From: Spirochaetia bacterium
GTDB taxonomy: Bacteria; Spirochaetota; Spirochaetia; DSM-2461
Length of the DNA stretch: 64,000 bases
Assembly (NCBI GenBank): GCA_963668315.1
Contig: OY764216.1
Span: 5,280,001-5,344,000, forward strand
Direction of reading: 5' to 3'
Shown piece after piece: positions 29,894 through 38,842 of the stretch. Position numbers and translations under genes: made by a program. Position 1 is the stretch's first letter. Every line of letters begins with the position of its first letter. The notes under the pieces were generated by a model that was not told the DNA's origin, searched no databases, and saw nothing but the letters and a program-made list of their open reading frames with translations.

Positions 29894-29909
29894 AGCATAT
29901 ACCGTGCCA
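29894..29909 (-). promoter_or_regulatory. Sigma54 (-24/-12) promoter of hsp20
   Basis: Minus strand TGGCACGGTATATGCT = GG-N10-GC. Confidence 0.75.
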
Positions 29910-30078
29910 ATTCTATGTATAAATCTATTTATTTCTTTCCACGCATATACTTATATAATTTACTATTTTTTCTTCCCCTCCTCTTCTACGATAGATAAAG
30001 AAAAAAGAAACGAAACCTGGGACGAAGTGGGTCAAAGGGATACATTTTTCTGAAAAGGCTTCCGGAGTGACTCCTTTA

Positions 30079-30104
30079 GACACACAGGTGTCATTATGAC
30101 TCAC
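30079..30104. promoter_or_regulatory. Putative enhancer (bEBP upstream activator site)
   Basis: GACACACAGGTGTCATTATGACTCAC with a GTCAT-T-ATGAC dyad; counterpart at 42602-42627. Confidence 0.5.
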
Positions 30105-30277
30105 TTTTCCGTTACCCTTCGCGCTCAAGGTGTCGGCGGAACCGTTTTTTTTCACGATTCTATGCTGCCGCCCGGGCTGGGTTTCTTGCCGTTCAGTCCT
30201 TTTTAGGGGGGGAAGAGAAAAAAACAGTATGTATTTCCGGGAAAACTGCTGTATCATTTCCTGAAAAGGAGTCAATT

Positions 30278-30823
30278 ATGCCTGACAATCAGAAACGGAG
30301 TACAGCCGTAAGGATAGTAATAGTGATTCTCATCGCCTTCGCACTGATAATCACCGCTGCGGTGGCTTATGGAGCCGCCCTTCTGAATGGCCGGGTTCCC
30401 GTGCCGCAAGGCGCCCTGAATATCATAGCCTCCAGGGCTGACATGCCTTATGAAGAGAAGGAGATGATGAATAAGGCCCTCGATGTCTATGAAATCATCC
30501 GGACATCCGAAGCGGGAAATGATATGAAGAAACTCCGGAAAATGGTTATGAGCGGAACGTCCCAGGAAGAAGCGGCAGAACAGCTGATCCGCAGTTATTC
30601 CCTTCTGAACGGGGAGGATATGGAAGAGATTCGCCGGGTCATGGAAATTGAGCCGGAAGATTTCAGTCAGGGCAGATCCATTCTCGAGGCCGGGATGGAA
30701 GACTATAGCCGCACCGGGGAGTTCACCTTATCCGACGGAGATAAGGAAAAGCTCAAGGCCCTGGGAGAAAAATACGGTTTGACCGAAGAAAACCTGGAAA
30801 GCTGGTCCGGTTCCTATGAATAG
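30278..30823 (+). CDS. Hypothetical membrane-anchored protein
   Basis: AAGGAG SD, N-terminal TM, acidic helical body; overlaps the next gene. Confidence 0.7.
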   Translation: MPDNQKRSTAVRIVIVILIAFALIITAAVAYGAALLNGRVPVPQGALNIIASRADMPYEEKEMMNKALDVYEIIRTSEAGNDMKKLRKMVMSGTSQEEAAEQLIRSYSLLNGEDMEEIRRVMEIEPEDFSQGRSILEAGMEDYSRTGEFTLSDGDKEKLKALGEKYGLTEENLESWSGSYE

Positions 30824-31667
30824 GACCTCTTTTCTTCCTGTTATCGCCATTCTCATAGGAACCGCGCTGGGAGCTTCCAGCGGTCTTTTCATAAAGGGTC
30901 TCTCCCTTTCCAGCCTGGCGCTCAGCGGGTTCAGAATGGGCGTCCCCTTCCTGCTTCTGTTCCCCTACGTGATAAGAATGAAGACCTTTCGCGGAACTCC
31001 CGGAATGGGAAAAAAACTCATCCTGGGCAGTTCACTGAACAGCGTCAGAATGTTCTTCTATATCGCCGCCTACAAACTGACGACCCTGGGCAATGCGGTG
31101 GTGCTCCTGTATCTCTGGCCGGTTTTCGCCCTGCTTTTTCAGAGTCTCTTCAGAAAAAAGATGCCCGGATGGAAACAGATAGGTCTCCTGCTGGCCGCCT
31201 TTGCCGGAGTACTCATCATGAACCTCCACAGAGATTTTTCCCTCCACGGAAAAGATCTGCCGGGGAGTCTGCTCATGATCGCTTCCGCCGCGCTGTTTTC
31301 TATAACCATGCTGCTCTTCAAAACCGCGCTGAAGGATCTGGACGAACTTTCCAGCCTCTTTCATCAGAATGCCGTCGGCGCCCTCATCTTCCTTCCCTTT
31401 CTCATCAGGGAACTTCCCGCCATCCCTCCGGCCGACCTGGGAATCGGAATTGTCTACGGGCTGGCCGTGGGAATTGTAAGCTTCGGACTCTTTTTCTTCT
31501 CCCTTAAGAGACTCCCCATTTTCCAGTACAGCGCCCTGGCCTATTCGGAAGTCATATTCGGTCTGATTTTCTCCGTCACGGTATTGGGAGAAGGCCTGGT
31601 TGTCAATCAGATTGTCGGAGCCCTGATCGTTATATCGGCAAGTTTTTACTCCCAGCAGGTGGAATAG
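30816..31667 (+). CDS. DMT/EamA family transporter
   Basis: About 10 TMs in two repeats; LLYLWPVF and YSEVIFG..LGE. Confidence 0.9.
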   Translation: MNRTSFLPVIAILIGTALGASSGLFIKGLSLSSLALSGFRMGVPFLLLFPYVIRMKTFRGTPGMGKKLILGSSLNSVRMFFYIAAYKLTTLGNAVVLLYLWPVFALLFQSLFRKKMPGWKQIGLLLAAFAGVLIMNLHRDFSLHGKDLPGSLLMIASAALFSITMLLFKTALKDLDELSSLFHQNAVGALIFLPFLIRELPAIPPADLGIGIVYGLAVGIVSFGLFFFSLKRLPIFQYSALAYSEVIFGLIFSVTVLGEGLVVNQIVGALIVISASFYSQQVE

Positions 31668-31907
31668 AGCCGATGGGGCCGGGAATCGCCCAATGGCGGA
31701 CATTAAGGGCCTTCTCCCGTTAAAAAACGTGAGAAACGGTAATTTTTTACCTATTTTTCACCTCAAACCGCTTTAACAATCGGCTTATTTATTCTATGGT
31801 TATTACAACATAAACCACATAAACTTAATACTAATTAAGATCTTGTAAAAATCCCGTAGTCTTTCAACACCTAAGAGATAAAGGTCTTTTTTTTAGAGGA
31901 GATTTAA

Positions 31908-32933
31908 ATGGCTAAAATCAAAGTTGGTTTTAACGGAATGGGACGTATCGGTAAGAACGTCATGAGAGTTATCGTTGAAAAATTCAACGATCAGATCGAA
32001 ATCGTAGCAGGTAACGACCTGGTTTCCGCAGAGGTTATCGCTAAGGCTCTTCCCAAAGACTCCATCCACGGAAGATTCCCCGTTGAGGTTTCCCTTGAGA
32101 GCGAGAATGTTATCAAGATCGGCGATCACAAAGTAACTGTTTATGCAGAGAAAGACGCAAACAACATCCCCTGGGCAAAACATGGTGTTGACGTAGTTTT
32201 CGAGTGTACCGGTTTCTACCTGAGCACAGAAAAAGCGACCGCTCACCTCAACGCCGGTGCTAAGAAAGTTATCGTTTCCGCTCCCTGTAGCGACGACACC
32301 AAAACCATCGTTATCGGTGTTAACGCCGACGACCTGACCGGTGCCGAGAAAGTTGTTTCCAACGCTTCCTGTACCACCAACTGTCTGGCCCCCATGACCA
32401 AGGCAATTGATGCTTCTTACGAAATCATTTCCGGTCTGATGTGTACCACTCATGCCGCTACCGCTACCCAGAGAGTCGCAGACTTCTTCGGCGGTGCCAA
32501 GAACAGAGCTACCCTGAACAACATCATCCCCGCTTCCACCGGTGCTGCCAAAGCTGTAGGTAAGGTTCTTCCCCACCTCAACGGCAAACTGAACGGTACC
32601 GCTCTCCGCGTACCCACCGACACCGGCTCCGTAGTAGAAGTTGTATACCTGCTCAAGGGCAAGGTTACGGCCGCTGAGCTGATTGCCGCCATGAAGAAAA
32701 ACGCTGCAGCCATCAATGCCCAGTCCCCCACCGGAAACGTTCTGTATGTAGGTGACTACTACGAATGTTCACAGGACTGTGTCGGCGAGCCCTTCACTTC
32801 CATGGTATGTGATGACAACGTAGTTGTTGTTGAAGCCGGCGAAAATACTCAGGTTAAGCTGACTTCCTACTATGACAACGAAATGGGATTCTCCAACAGA
32901 ATGGCTGAGCTTGCTCAGATTCTGATGAAATAA
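31908..32933 (+). CDS. gap: Type I glyceraldehyde-3-phosphate dehydrogenase
   Basis: NGMGRIGK, ECTG, SNASCTTNCLAP, STGAAKAVG, RVPT and YDNE; strongly biased codons. Confidence 0.92.
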   Translation: MAKIKVGFNGMGRIGKNVMRVIVEKFNDQIEIVAGNDLVSAEVIAKALPKDSIHGRFPVEVSLESENVIKIGDHKVTVYAEKDANNIPWAKHGVDVVFECTGFYLSTEKATAHLNAGAKKVIVSAPCSDDTKTIVIGVNADDLTGAEKVVSNASCTTNCLAPMTKAIDASYEIISGLMCTTHAATATQRVADFFGGAKNRATLNNIIPASTGAAKAVGKVLPHLNGKLNGTALRVPTDTGSVVEVVYLLKGKVTAAELIAAMKKNAAAINAQSPTGNVLYVGDYYECSQDCVGEPFTSMVCDDNVVVVEAGENTQVKLTSYYDNEMGFSNRMAELAQILMK

Positions 32934-32957
32934 TCCATCCTTAACAGGATTTTCAAA

Positions 32958-32981
32958 GCCTCCCTCCGGGGAGGTTTTTTT
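32958..32981 (+). terminator. Intrinsic terminator of gap
   Basis: GCCTCCC-TCCG-GGGAGGT plus T run. Confidence 0.85.
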
Positions 32982-32996
32982 GTAGGAGGTGAAGTT

Positions 32997-33215
32997 ATGA
33001 ATTGTCCCGAATGCCAAGGAAAGCTCGAGGGCGGCGGCAACAGTTATACCTGCGCGCAGTGCGGTACCGACTGGCACGTGGATTTTGCCTGCGAAGTCTG
33101 CCATGAAAAGCCCGAGCAGGAATCCCACTGCGGCGCCGTCAGTTTTTTCTGCCGCAGCTGCAAAAAGCTGAAGTCCCGGGAAACCATGGAGAAAACCTTT
33201 TCCCGGGAAGAATAA
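32997..33215 (+). CDS. Small zinc-ribbon protein (YfgJ-like)
   Basis: Four CxxC pairs, CGAVSFFC..C..LKS; AGGAGGT SD. Confidence 0.8.
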   Translation: MNCPECQGKLEGGGNSYTCAQCGTDWHVDFACEVCHEKPEQESHCGAVSFFCRSCKKLKSRETMEKTFSREE

Positions 33216-33222
33216 TGTACCC

Positions 33223-33690
33223 ATGACAAAAACAAATGCCCTGAGACTTCTGGAAAGCAGAAAAATACCCTTTGAAACCATGACCTATGAAGTGGATGAG
33301 ACGGATCTGAGCGCCCGGGCTCTGTCGGAAAAATCCGGCATTGAGGGTGACCGGATTTTCAAGACTCTGGTTCTGCAGGGAGCGTCGGGCTCTTATTTCG
33401 TCTGCGTTATTCCCGGTACCTCTGAACTGGATCTGAAAAAAGCGGCCAGAGCCTCGGGGGAGAAAAAAGCCGATCTTATTCCCATGAAAGATCTTCTCCC
33501 CCTGACCGGATATATAAGGGGCGGATGCTCGCCGATCGGCATGAAAAAGAGTTTTCCCACCTATATCGATGAAACATGCGGCCTTTACGAAACGATTTAC
33601 ATCAGCGCCGGAAAGAGGGGCATGCAGCTTCTTATCGCGCCGGATGATCTGGCCTCCCTGTCGGAAGCCACCGTTACCGATCTGGTTTAA
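33223..33690 (+). CDS. ybaK: Cys-tRNA(Pro) deacylase YbaK
   Basis: KTNA.R.L, IFKTLV, LDLKKAA, TGYIRGGCSPIG and SAGKRG. Confidence 0.92.
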   Translation: MTKTNALRLLESRKIPFETMTYEVDETDLSARALSEKSGIEGDRIFKTLVLQGASGSYFVCVIPGTSELDLKKAARASGEKKADLIPMKDLLPLTGYIRGGCSPIGMKKSFPTYIDETCGLYETIYISAGKRGMQLLIAPDDLASLSEATVTDLV

Positions 33691-33693
33691 CCG

Positions 33694-34323
33694 CTAAAAC
33701 CGGAAGATCAGGTCCACCCCGCAATTCCGTCCCAGCTCGATTCTTCCATGTTCCTCCTTCCAATCCCCGCCGATATTATCGCGGTAACGAGCCAATCCGT
33801 AGTCGTATGTGACCAATTCTCCCCGCCATCTGACCATAAAGTGTCTGGAACAGCGTACATCAAGAGTAGCGGGCAGTGCGTAATGAAAGGCATATGCCAG
33901 ATAATCTTCATAGCCATAAAAACTCTCGCCTTCCGGTCTTGCCGAGTAAGTGCAGCCGAAAACAACGGCGAGCCCCGCGGAGAAAGGGCCGCTTGATACC
34001 AGGCTTTTGTTAAGGCCGGCAAACAGCCCCAGCTTTAATTGGCGGTAACCCTCTTCATACTCGGGGGCAATATTATCCCCGTCGGCACTTAAGGCAAAAC
34101 CAATGGTTCCTCCCAGAGAAAGATCCCAGCCATGGGGCATAAAACGGTACCACTTAAGTCCCGTTTCCACTTCGGCGAGTTCAGCGCTGTAATCCTCCGC
34201 AAAAGTACTGTCCTCAAGTGAGCCATAGTTCATCTCCAGAATCAATCCCAGACCGTTCTCTCCGGCGAATACAGGCAGAAACATCAAGGCAAATAAAACT
34301 GTGAAAAATATTGATTTCTTCAT
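33694..34323 (-). CDS. Hypothetical secreted protein, possible small beta-barrel
   Basis: Signal peptide ending PVFA; amphipathic strands; terminal DLIFRF. Confidence 0.55.
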   Translation of the reverse strand: MKKSIFFTVLFALMFLPVFAGENGLGLILEMNYGSLEDSTFAEDYSAELAEVETGLKWYRFMPHGWDLSLGGTIGFALSADGDNIAPEYEEGYRQLKLGLFAGLNKSLVSSGPFSAGLAVVFGCTYSARPEGESFYGYEDYLAYAFHYALPATLDVRCSRHFMVRWRGELVTYDYGLARYRDNIGGDWKEEHGRIELGRNCGVDLIFRF

Positions 34324-34475
34324 GATTAAGACTTCCCCCTATCTACGGGGAGCGTTTTTTGTTCATTTTTCCCCAGAAACAGGAATATTTTTCCTTTTAT
34401 TCCCCCTTACCAGCTCCGGGTAACGTGATATAATGGATTTGCAATACCGGATTTTATCAAATACAGGAATAACTT

Positions 34476-36290
34476 ATGAATTTCAATAAATTACAATCGG
34501 CACTCTCATCCATGATTCTCTCCGCATCGGGCTGGAGAAAAGTATTTGCCTCCGACGGCAACGAGGAGAGCCTCATTGAATCAATCACAGAGGAGGACAG
34601 ACTTCTGACAGCCGCCATGGCCTCTGTTTTTGCCGATCTGGTTCTGTCGGCGTCCCAGGGCAGTCCGGCCATTTCTCTGGGAATTGACAGCCGCCCTACC
34701 GGACCCGCCATGGCGGCAGCCATGATCCCCGTTTTTTTAAGTAAGGGGCTGGAAGTGCGTTATACGGGAATCTGCGCGGCCCCGGAAATCATGGCATGGA
34801 CAGGAACGGAGGATTCGCTCGACGGCTTCTGTTATATCTCGGCCAGCCATAATCCGGCGGGACACAACGGTGTGAAGTTCGGTTTGGGCGGAGGCGTTAT
34901 AGGAGGCGGCACGGCAGCGGCTCTTATTGATTCATATAAAGCCTTTACCGGAAAGGAAAGCGTCATGGAGGAACTGGAAGCCCTTCTGAGCAGAAGCCCC
35001 ATTGATTCCGTGCAGACTGTCATGGGCAGATGTGAACTGCATAAGACTGCCTCTTTCAGTTCCTATGAAGCCTTTTCCCGCCGGATAGCTTCCGGAAGCG
35101 ATGCGAAAGAGAATCAGGACGCCTTTTTCACCCTGCTGCAGAAGGGAATAAAGACCCGTCCCCTGGGCGTAATAGCCGAATTAAACGGCAGCGCCCGATC
35201 ACTCTCCATAGATAAGACCTACCTCTCCACGCTGGGAATCAAGGTCATGGCTCTTAATGAAACGCCCGGGCGGTTTGTCCACAGAATCGTTCCCGAAGGA
35301 TTTTCCCTGGATCTCTGCCGGGAAGAGCTGGAAAAGGCCCATGCAGAGGACGATTGCTTTCTTTTCGGCTATGTTCCCGACTGCGACGGAGACAGGGGCA
35401 ACATTGTCTATTTTAATGAAAAATCGGGAAAGGCGGAGATTCTGGAGGCTCAGGAGGTATTTGCCCTGTCCGTTCTCTCCGAGCTGACGGGTATCATCTA
35501 TAACGGATTGGATATTTCCCGGACAGCCGTTGCGGCCAACGGCCCCACCAGCATGCGCATCGACCGGATAGCCGCCGCCCTGGGAGCCCAGGTTTTCCGG
35601 GCAGAGGTGGGAGAGGCCAATGTGGTGAATCTGGGAGCGTCCCTCAGGGAGCAGGGGTGGATTGTCCCCATCCTGGGAGAGGGTTCCAACGGGGGAAATA
35701 TCACTTACCCCGCCCAGGTACGCGACCCCTTGAACACCCTTACGGCTCTTATAAAATTGCTTACGCTCACCGACCGGGGTGAAAAGAGAGGCCTTTTTCA
35801 CATCTGGTGCGATCTGTCATCCCAGGAGGAGAAGTACCGGGACGACTTCTCACTGTCCGATATAATCGCCTCCCTCCCCCTCTTCACCACCACTTCCGCC
35901 TTTGAAGAGAGGGCCAAATTTCCCATAAAGACCGGTGATCACGCCGTTCTGAAAGCCCGTTATGAATCGGTTTTTCCTTCCGAATGGGATTCCAGAAAGG
36001 ACGAATTGGCCGATCGCTTCGGCATTACGGGCTGGGAGGAGAGAAACATGGAAGGGACGGAGGAGCGGACCGGTGTGGGAAAAACCTTCCGTTCCGGAGC
36101 TGAAAAGGGAGGATTCAAAATTCTTTTTCATAATGGGAAGGGAGAGTACACCGCCTACGTATGGATGCGGGGCTCCGGTACGGAACCGGTGTTCCGCGTT
36201 CTGGCCGATTGCGAGGGGAGCAGCCCCGAAAGGGAAGCATGGTTTCTCCAATGGCACAAGGAAATTATTACCCGTGCGGATGAAGGCTGA
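34476..36290 (+). CDS. Alpha-D-phosphohexomutase (PGM/PMM) family
   Basis: DSR, SASHNP (phosphoserine), PDCDGDR metal loop, VGE, GEGSNG and RGSGTEP. Confidence 0.9.
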   Translation: MNFNKLQSALSSMILSASGWRKVFASDGNEESLIESITEEDRLLTAAMASVFADLVLSASQGSPAISLGIDSRPTGPAMAAAMIPVFLSKGLEVRYTGICAAPEIMAWTGTEDSLDGFCYISASHNPAGHNGVKFGLGGGVIGGGTAAALIDSYKAFTGKESVMEELEALLSRSPIDSVQTVMGRCELHKTASFSSYEAFSRRIASGSDAKENQDAFFTLLQKGIKTRPLGVIAELNGSARSLSIDKTYLSTLGIKVMALNETPGRFVHRIVPEGFSLDLCREELEKAHAEDDCFLFGYVPDCDGDRGNIVYFNEKSGKAEILEAQEVFALSVLSELTGIIYNGLDISRTAVAANGPTSMRIDRIAAALGAQVFRAEVGEANVVNLGASLREQGWIVPILGEGSNGGNITYPAQVRDPLNTLTALIKLLTLTDRGEKRGLFHIWCDLSSQEEKYRDDFSLSDIIASLPLFTTTSAFEERAKFPIKTGDHAVLKARYESVFPSEWDSRKDELADRFGITGWEERNMEGTEERTGVGKTFRSGAEKGGFKILFHNGKGEYTAYVWMRGSGTEPVFRVLADCEGSSPEREAWFLQWHKEIITRADEG

Positions 36291-36301
36291 TGCGGGTCGG
36301 C

Positions 36302-36330
36302 TTGACTTAATGCGGCCAGCATGGTAAAAA
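36302..36330 (+). promoter_or_regulatory. Probable promoter of the trpS leader
   Basis: TTGACT-17bp-TAAAAA with TGn extension; +1 would fall near GTG 36337. Confidence 0.55.
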
Positions 36331-36336
36331 TGAATC

Positions 36337-36411
36337 GTGAACAATAGATCAGAACAGAATACGTTCATATCTTGTCTCAATAATATTTCCTGGTGGCGGC
36401 TTTCTATCTAG
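36337..36411 (+). CDS. Trp attenuator leader peptide, 24 aa (MNNRSEQNTFISCLNNISWWRLSI)
   Basis: GTG start, tandem TGG-TGG at 36391-36396, TAG at 36409; WWR as in TrpL peptides. Confidence 0.8.
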   Translation: MNNRSEQNTFISCLNNISWWRLSI

Positions 36412-36460
36412 CCGTCCCCGATTTTGGTTTTAGGCGGCTGAATATTCGGCCGCTTTTTTT
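36391..36460 (+). promoter_or_regulatory. Transcription attenuator (1:2, 2:3 and 3:4 hairpins)
   Basis: GGCGGCT/AGCCGTC (1:2); TAGCCGTC/GGCGGCTG (2:3); GCGGCTGA-ATAT-TCGGCCGC plus T7 (3:4 terminator). Confidence 0.8.
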
Positions 36461-36522
36461 GTCCTTCCTCCGAAGTACAATCACCCTAGGGCCGGATAGG
36501 CCGCGGATGAAGGAGGAAAAAC

Positions 36523-37509
36523 ATGAAAAAGCGTTTGTTCAGCGGCTGCACGCCGTCGGGAAATCTCACTCTGGGTAATTATCTGGGAACGGTACGGGGA
36601 TGGGAAAGAAACCAGGAAACCTGCGACGCCCTTTTTGCCGTTACCGATCTTCACGCTCTGACCGTACCGCGCGACCCGGAGATCCTTCGAAGGAAAAGTC
36701 TTGATTTTCTCTGTCTTTTTATGGCTTGCGGGATAGATCCTCAGAAATCAACCCTTTTCATTCAGTCCCACAATCCCCGCCACTGCGAAGTTTCCTGGAT
36801 TCTCAGCTGTCAGACAGGATGGGGCGAGCTGAGCCGCATGACCCAGTTTAAAAGTAAATCGGCTGCAGACCGGAGGCCAAGCGGCGGGCTGCTGACATAC
36901 CCGGTTCTTATGGCGGCGGACATACTTCTTTACGGTACGGAACTGGTTCCTGTGGGAGAAGACCAGAGGCAGCATATGGAACTGACCCGCCGCCTGGCTA
37001 AGCATTTGAACAGCTGTGCCGGACCGGTTTTTCCCTTGCCGGAGGCAGTGATTCCCCCTTCAACGGGAAGAGTGGCCAATCTTCTCGATCCTACGGCAAA
37101 GATGGATAAATCCCATGATAATAAGGATACCTATATAGCCCTGACCGACACACCCGAAGAGATAAGAAGAAAAATAGGCAAAGCCCGCACCGACTCCAGA
37201 GGGGATTTCGCCATGGATGACAAAGACAGCGGGATCGGCAACCTGGTGCGAATCTATTCAGCTTTGACGGGACTGGGAACGGGTACCATCATATGGGAGT
37301 ATGAGCACAGGGGCTACGGAGCGTTCAAGAGAGATCTGGGAGATATTATCGCGGAGACTCTGACTCCCATCCGGGAAAAGTATAACCGGATTCACAGGGA
37401 AGAGGATTATCTCAAACAGGTTCTTGCCCTGGGAAAGGACAAAGCTCTGGAGAAATCAGAACGGGCATACAAATGTATAAAGGACACCTTCGGGCTTATT
37501 ACCTGTTAA
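36523..37509 (+). CDS. trpS: Tryptophan--tRNA ligase
   Basis: SG..PSG.LTLGNYLG, DLHALT, RMTQFK, YPVLMAADIL, VPVGEDQ.QH and KMDKS. Confidence 0.93.
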   Translation: MKKRLFSGCTPSGNLTLGNYLGTVRGWERNQETCDALFAVTDLHALTVPRDPEILRRKSLDFLCLFMACGIDPQKSTLFIQSHNPRHCEVSWILSCQTGWGELSRMTQFKSKSAADRRPSGGLLTYPVLMAADILLYGTELVPVGEDQRQHMELTRRLAKHLNSCAGPVFPLPEAVIPPSTGRVANLLDPTAKMDKSHDNKDTYIALTDTPEEIRRKIGKARTDSRGDFAMDDKDSGIGNLVRIYSALTGLGTGTIIWEYEHRGYGAFKRDLGDIIAETLTPIREKYNRIHREEDYLKQVLALGKDKALEKSERAYKCIKDTFGLITC

Positions 37510-38842
37510 TCAGATACTCCAGCACCGGATCTTTCCCTTCCTTGAAATCGGCAAAGGAATAGGTAAGGGGAATATCCGGAGAGATCGGTTCATCCCCTCC
37601 CGGCCGCCTGAAGTATTTGGTGGAATAGAAAATACGGATGCCCGAGCGGGGAAGATTAAAGGAGCGGACTTCTCCGTAATGGGAAGCACCGCCTCCCGTA
37701 GCCTCCCCGATGACAAGGGCGCCGGTCTCTTCTTTGAGGGAGAGGGCATTCAACACGGCGGAGGAATAGGTATGACGCCCCACGGCCACATACAGCCCCC
37801 CCTCGCCTAGAGTCCCGGGATTCCGGGCTATACTGCGGATAAACGGATCCAGCAGGGGAGAACTGCCCCCTCCATTATAGCGGAGATCCACCAGAAGACG
37901 CTCATCCTTTTTCTCCTCCAGAAAGGCCGTCAGCCCGGTAAGAAAATCGTCCAGGGGGGGATTTTTCTGATCACGGCATCTATCGTATTGAAAATAGACG
38001 AGATTTTCTCCGGGATAATATTCATACCAGTACCACTCGCCGGGATGGCTGTATTCCACAAGCCCTTCGGTCAGGGGATACTTATCGCCGAGGGAAAGCA
38101 CTTCCCTGATAGAGGAGAGCTCACTTCCGTCCATCCGAGCCAGCTTATCCTCAATGATGAGGCCGTCCTCTCCTTCGGTCCGGAGGGGAAAAAAGCCGTC
38201 AGTTCCGCTGACACCGGCATAACGGAGATAATCGGCATAACTGAAAGCTCCGAGGCTCCTTAAGCCCAGATCAACCGGATTGTCATGGGAAATCAAGGGA
38301 GAAAGAGCCTTTCTCAGCGAATCTGCCTCTATGCCGCCCATATCCAGTAAACGGGTTCCCAGAAGCGTCCGGTGGGAAGGAAGACAGGAAGCCACGAAGA
38401 TCCCTTCTTCAAACTCACGGAGCCCCAGAATCAGGCGGTCCATGTCCGCCGGGGGGAAAACTCTGGTATGACCGTCTCCGATGAGGGCGATCAGTTCCTT
38501 AATCCCCAGGTACATATCCTGATTGGAAGCCGCGGGAATCCGGGAACGCAAATCTCCTATCTTCTCCCGGAACTCTTCCTCCGTAACAGTATGATAAAGA
38601 TCCTTATGCCTCCTGGCCATTTCCCGGGACAGAAAGGTCAGATCGTGATTCCAGTATCTCAGCCTGTGCCTTTCATCGGCCCTCTCCAGCGACTCCCACT
38701 TTTCGGCAGCCTCCTGATCGGTCATGACGGCGAATTGGGGATTATGAAACTGCCCTATTCGCTTTACGTATCTTACAGCCGGAACAGAACCGGCCAGCAG
38801 CAGCAGGAAAAGAACAGCCGGAATCGCCCTCTTAAGAGACAT
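37499..38842 (-). CDS. S41 family peptidase-like protein
   Basis: DGHT, VDLRYNGGG, TYSSA, IGEATGG and I.PDI; N-terminal hydrophobic segment. Confidence 0.8.
   Translation of the reverse strand: MSLKRAIPAVLFLLLLAGSVPAVRYVKRIGQFHNPQFAVMTDQEAAEKWESLERADERHRLRYWNHDLTFLSREMARRHKDLYHTVTEEEFREKIGDLRSRIPAASNQDMYLGIKELIALIGDGHTRVFPPADMDRLILGLREFEEGIFVASCLPSHRTLLGTRLLDMGGIEADSLRKALSPLISHDNPVDLGLRSLGAFSYADYLRYAGVSGTDGFFPLRTEGEDGLIIEDKLARMDGSELSSIREVLSLGDKYPLTEGLVEYSHPGEWYWYEYYPGENLVYFQYDRCRDQKNPPLDDFLTGLTAFLEEKKDERLLVDLRYNGGGSSPLLDPFIRSIARNPGTLGEGGLYVAVGRHTYSSAVLNALSLKEETGALVIGEATGGGASHYGEVRSFNLPRSGIRIFYSTKYFRRPGGDEPISPDIPLTYSFADFKEGKDPVLEYLINR

Noticed and set aside
36330..36520. T-box riboswitch upstream of trpS
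   Set aside because: No T-box consensus or stem I; the TGGTGG is explained as tandem Trp codons of a leader peptide
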